Shown: positions 16,362 to 18,232 of the stretch, piece by piece
How the letters are laid out: each line of letters begins with the position of its first letter
Position numbering within the stretch: position 1 is the first letter of the stretch
Source of the DNA: a virus
Lineage: Duplodnaviria; Heunggongvirae; Uroviricota; Caudoviricetes
DNA: 18,232 nt
IMG/VR virus record: IMGVR_UViG_2778261667_000006
Coordinates: 1-18,232 of that record
Direction: 5' to 3' (one strand)
Notes under the pieces: generated by a model
Told to the model about the DNA's origin: nothing
Database searches by the model: none
What the model saw: the letters and a program-made list of their open reading frames with translations, nothing else
Program-made: the position numbers and the translations under genes

Positions 16362-18059
16362 TCACTTTTTTTCGTTAACCTTGCCTGACAGAATGTCGAT
16401 AGCACCTTCTTTGGCACGAGTCAGACGCAGGCGGGTGAAGTAGTTTTCACCGTTGCGAGGATGTACTTCGTTGATGGCACTGCCCCAGAGAGTGGTACGG
16501 TTAACGAGAGACGGATTGGTTTCATGCACGTAAGGGATTGCAGGGACTGCATCACCAGCAATCAGACCGGCTTTACCAATACCTTCGCCACGCCCATAGA
16601 AGAAGATGTCATCCAGCCCGAAGTCATATCCCTGTGCCTGGAATTGCTCACATACAGGTTGCGGCACTTCGTAAATACGAATCGTGCCAAACAAGGTGCC
16701 GATGTACTGCACATACGGCGACTGAACATAACCCGGTGCGATCTGGAAGTGCTGTGGGGGCAGAGAGCGCAGGAAGTTCGCGGCGTCACCACCAGCAAAG
16801 CCGCCTCGAATACCCGTTGTCAGCGTGCGATTTGCCATTTCCTGAGACAGAGCGTTTACTACGTGACGCAGGAGGCCGACCCAGGACTCATAGTTTTGAG
16901 CTTCCGGCAGAGCCACATCAAATTCACGGCCATAAACGGTATGGAATACTAGGGTGCGCAGCCGCATGATGTCGGTTTCATGGGAGATCCAGTTACGCAT
17001 TGCGGAGAACTGAAGTGCTGCCAATTCAAGGCCGTGTTCGCGGCTTAAATCGGAAGCGGACATTACTGTGTGTTCGGAAGCAATTACGTACTGAGACGGG
17101 CGCACTTCATACTTGCGCATAGCCTGGTTGATTACCGGAATCAGGCTTGGATTGCGCTCGATGTTAATTTCGACCTGAACCGCAATTTCAGTCCCTTCTG
17201 CTGGCGCTTGAGTGAAGGTAATGTCGATGACACCAGTGTCATAAGCGACTTTTGCGGTAGCGGAGAAAGCATTGCCTTTGCTGTCTTTATCATTGAAATA
17301 AAGGTTGCCATCGCCGTCGTCAACCTTGGACGGTTTGCGGTTGATCAGCAGTTTGTTATAACCAGCGCGCAGCGGGCAGGATTGGCCCTCAAAATTTTGG
17401 ATGTCGAACTGGAAAGTTTTGGTGCTGCCATCCCCTTTAGTGGACAGGGTATACAGACGCTTCATTTGAGAATAAACGCCTGCGGACTGCATATTCAGCT
17501 CGTCACCTTGCTTGAAGGTGCCGAATTTTGTGCCTGCTACGTTGACCAGTTCATAGATATTTGACTCGTCACGATCACAAGGAACAAAAGTACAGGCATC
17601 ACTGGTAGCAGCGCCCAGAGAGGCAGGCAGAATTAGTGCAGCATATTGAGCAACTTTCATTACGCCGTCAGAGTTACGCATTGATTGCGCGACAGACTCA
17701 AACATTGCCTTACCAGTGCCTTCGTGTGTATCACTGGCACATTCAGTCATCAGGCGTTCAAGTGCCATGTGTGCGTTTGCCAGGATGTCGCTTGCTGGGT
17801 AGTGCCCATGCTGACGCTTGTACTCATGCAGAGACATAGCCCACCCACCAGCGATCTGGCGTGCAACCTCTGGATTTACGCCTTCGAACATAGGCACTTT
17901 CTGGATTGCTTTATCCAGGTTCTCCATCATTGCTGCCTGATCAGCAATCATATTGCCCGCAGCATCGGTGGTCGGATCGACGGTCATAGCCATGACGCTT
18001 GCCGCCCGATTCATAATCTCGCGCTCGCGATCACGAGCTGGCTGAATGTTTTTATTCAC
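16362..18059 (-). CDS. Major capsid protein candidate, 565 aa
   Basis: ORF-track frame; GTG start at 18059 with AGGG upstream and an in-frame TAG 4 codons upstream; preceded by an AT-rich non-coding region (18060-18232). Assignment is by size (about 62 kDa, comparable to what I recall for the P1 gene 23 precursor) and by position before decoration and sheath genes; no motif verified. Confidence 0.5.
   Translation of the reverse strand: MNKNIQPARDREREIMNRAASVMAMTVDPTTDAAGNMIADQAAMMENLDKAIQKVPMFEGVNPEVARQIAGGWAMSLHEYKRQHGHYPASDILANAHMALERLMTECASDTHEGTGKAMFESVAQSMRNSDGVMKVAQYAALILPASLGAATSDACTFVPCDRDESNIYELVNVAGTKFGTFKQGDELNMQSAGVYSQMKRLYTLSTKGDGSTKTFQFDIQNFEGQSCPLRAGYNKLLINRKPSKVDDGDGNLYFNDKDSKGNAFSATAKVAYDTGVIDITFTQAPAEGTEIAVQVEINIERNPSLIPVINQAMRKYEVRPSQYVIASEHTVMSASDLSREHGLELAALQFSAMRNWISHETDIMRLRTLVFHTVYGREFDVALPEAQNYESWVGLLRHVVNALSQEMANRTLTTGIRGGFAGGDAANFLRSLPPQHFQIAPGYVQSPYVQYIGTLFGTIRIYEVPQPVCEQFQAQGYDFGLDDIFFYGRGEGIGKAGLIAGDAVPAIPYVHETNPSLVNRTTLWGSAINEVHPRNGENYFTRLRLTRAKEGAIDILSGKVNEKK
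16365..16372 (-). other. A-AAA-AAG slippery heptamer within an A7 run, ending at the capsid stop codon (candidate -1 frameshift or transcriptional slippage site)
   Basis: Minus strand reads GTT AAC GAA AAA AAG TGA. The -1 frame continues for 35 codons (VMVANVSVSPTSLDVDEGETIAANTSKAQKKTKQK) to a TAA at 16260-16258. Confidence 0.3.
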
Positions 18060-18232
18060 GGTTAAGCCCTAAATTCGGGCGCGGCGTGAAGGTTCTTTTG
18101 ACGAGCTAACAATACCAACTTTGTGATTTAGTCAATAGCATTAGCAAAATAAAATCTGTTAACAGTTCCGTTGTTATGTGATTTAATTTTAGTTTTCTAA
18201 TACAAATTATTGGACGTATGGCGTATAAGATC
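18060..18232 (-). promoter_or_regulatory. AT-rich non-coding region upstream of the capsid gene; probable late-operon promoter region, element not identified
   Basis: No plausible ORF and low GC; no confident -35/-10 pair found, consistent with an activator-dependent late promoter. Confidence 0.25.

Noticed and set aside
16461-16969. Plus-strand ORFs of 163 and 143 aa, and the minus-strand 78-aa ORF at 16562-16798
   Set aside because: All lie inside the capsid gene in other frames; their Arg/His-rich translations are typical of out-of-frame reads.

Overview
This window reads as part of a tailed-phage (myovirus-type) late structural region with a P1/IncY-type plasmid replicon (oriR, incC iterons, repA, incA iterons) sitting in the middle of it, which suggests a phage-plasmid. 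All structural genes are on the minus strand; repA is the only plus-strand gene. Left of the replicon (coordinates 1-9513) are a candidate tail-assembly/tape-measure pair, a baseplate module and the start of a side tail fibre. Right of it (10963-18059) are a candidate major capsid gene, an Ig-like decoration gene, a candidate sheath gene, an acidic/basic protein gene and tube-like genes. Most protein calls rest on gene order, size and short motifs that I recognise by eye; no database search was possible. The replicon call is the strongest, because the 19-bp iterons, DnaA box and GATC cluster are directly visible. Main second-look items: the replicon's placement without adjacent partition genes, a possible -1 frameshift site at the capsid stop codon, an acidic protein with a poly-basic tail, and a family of C-rich/G-rich intercistronic hairpins. 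No tRNA, rRNA, CRISPR array, integrase or transposase was seen.
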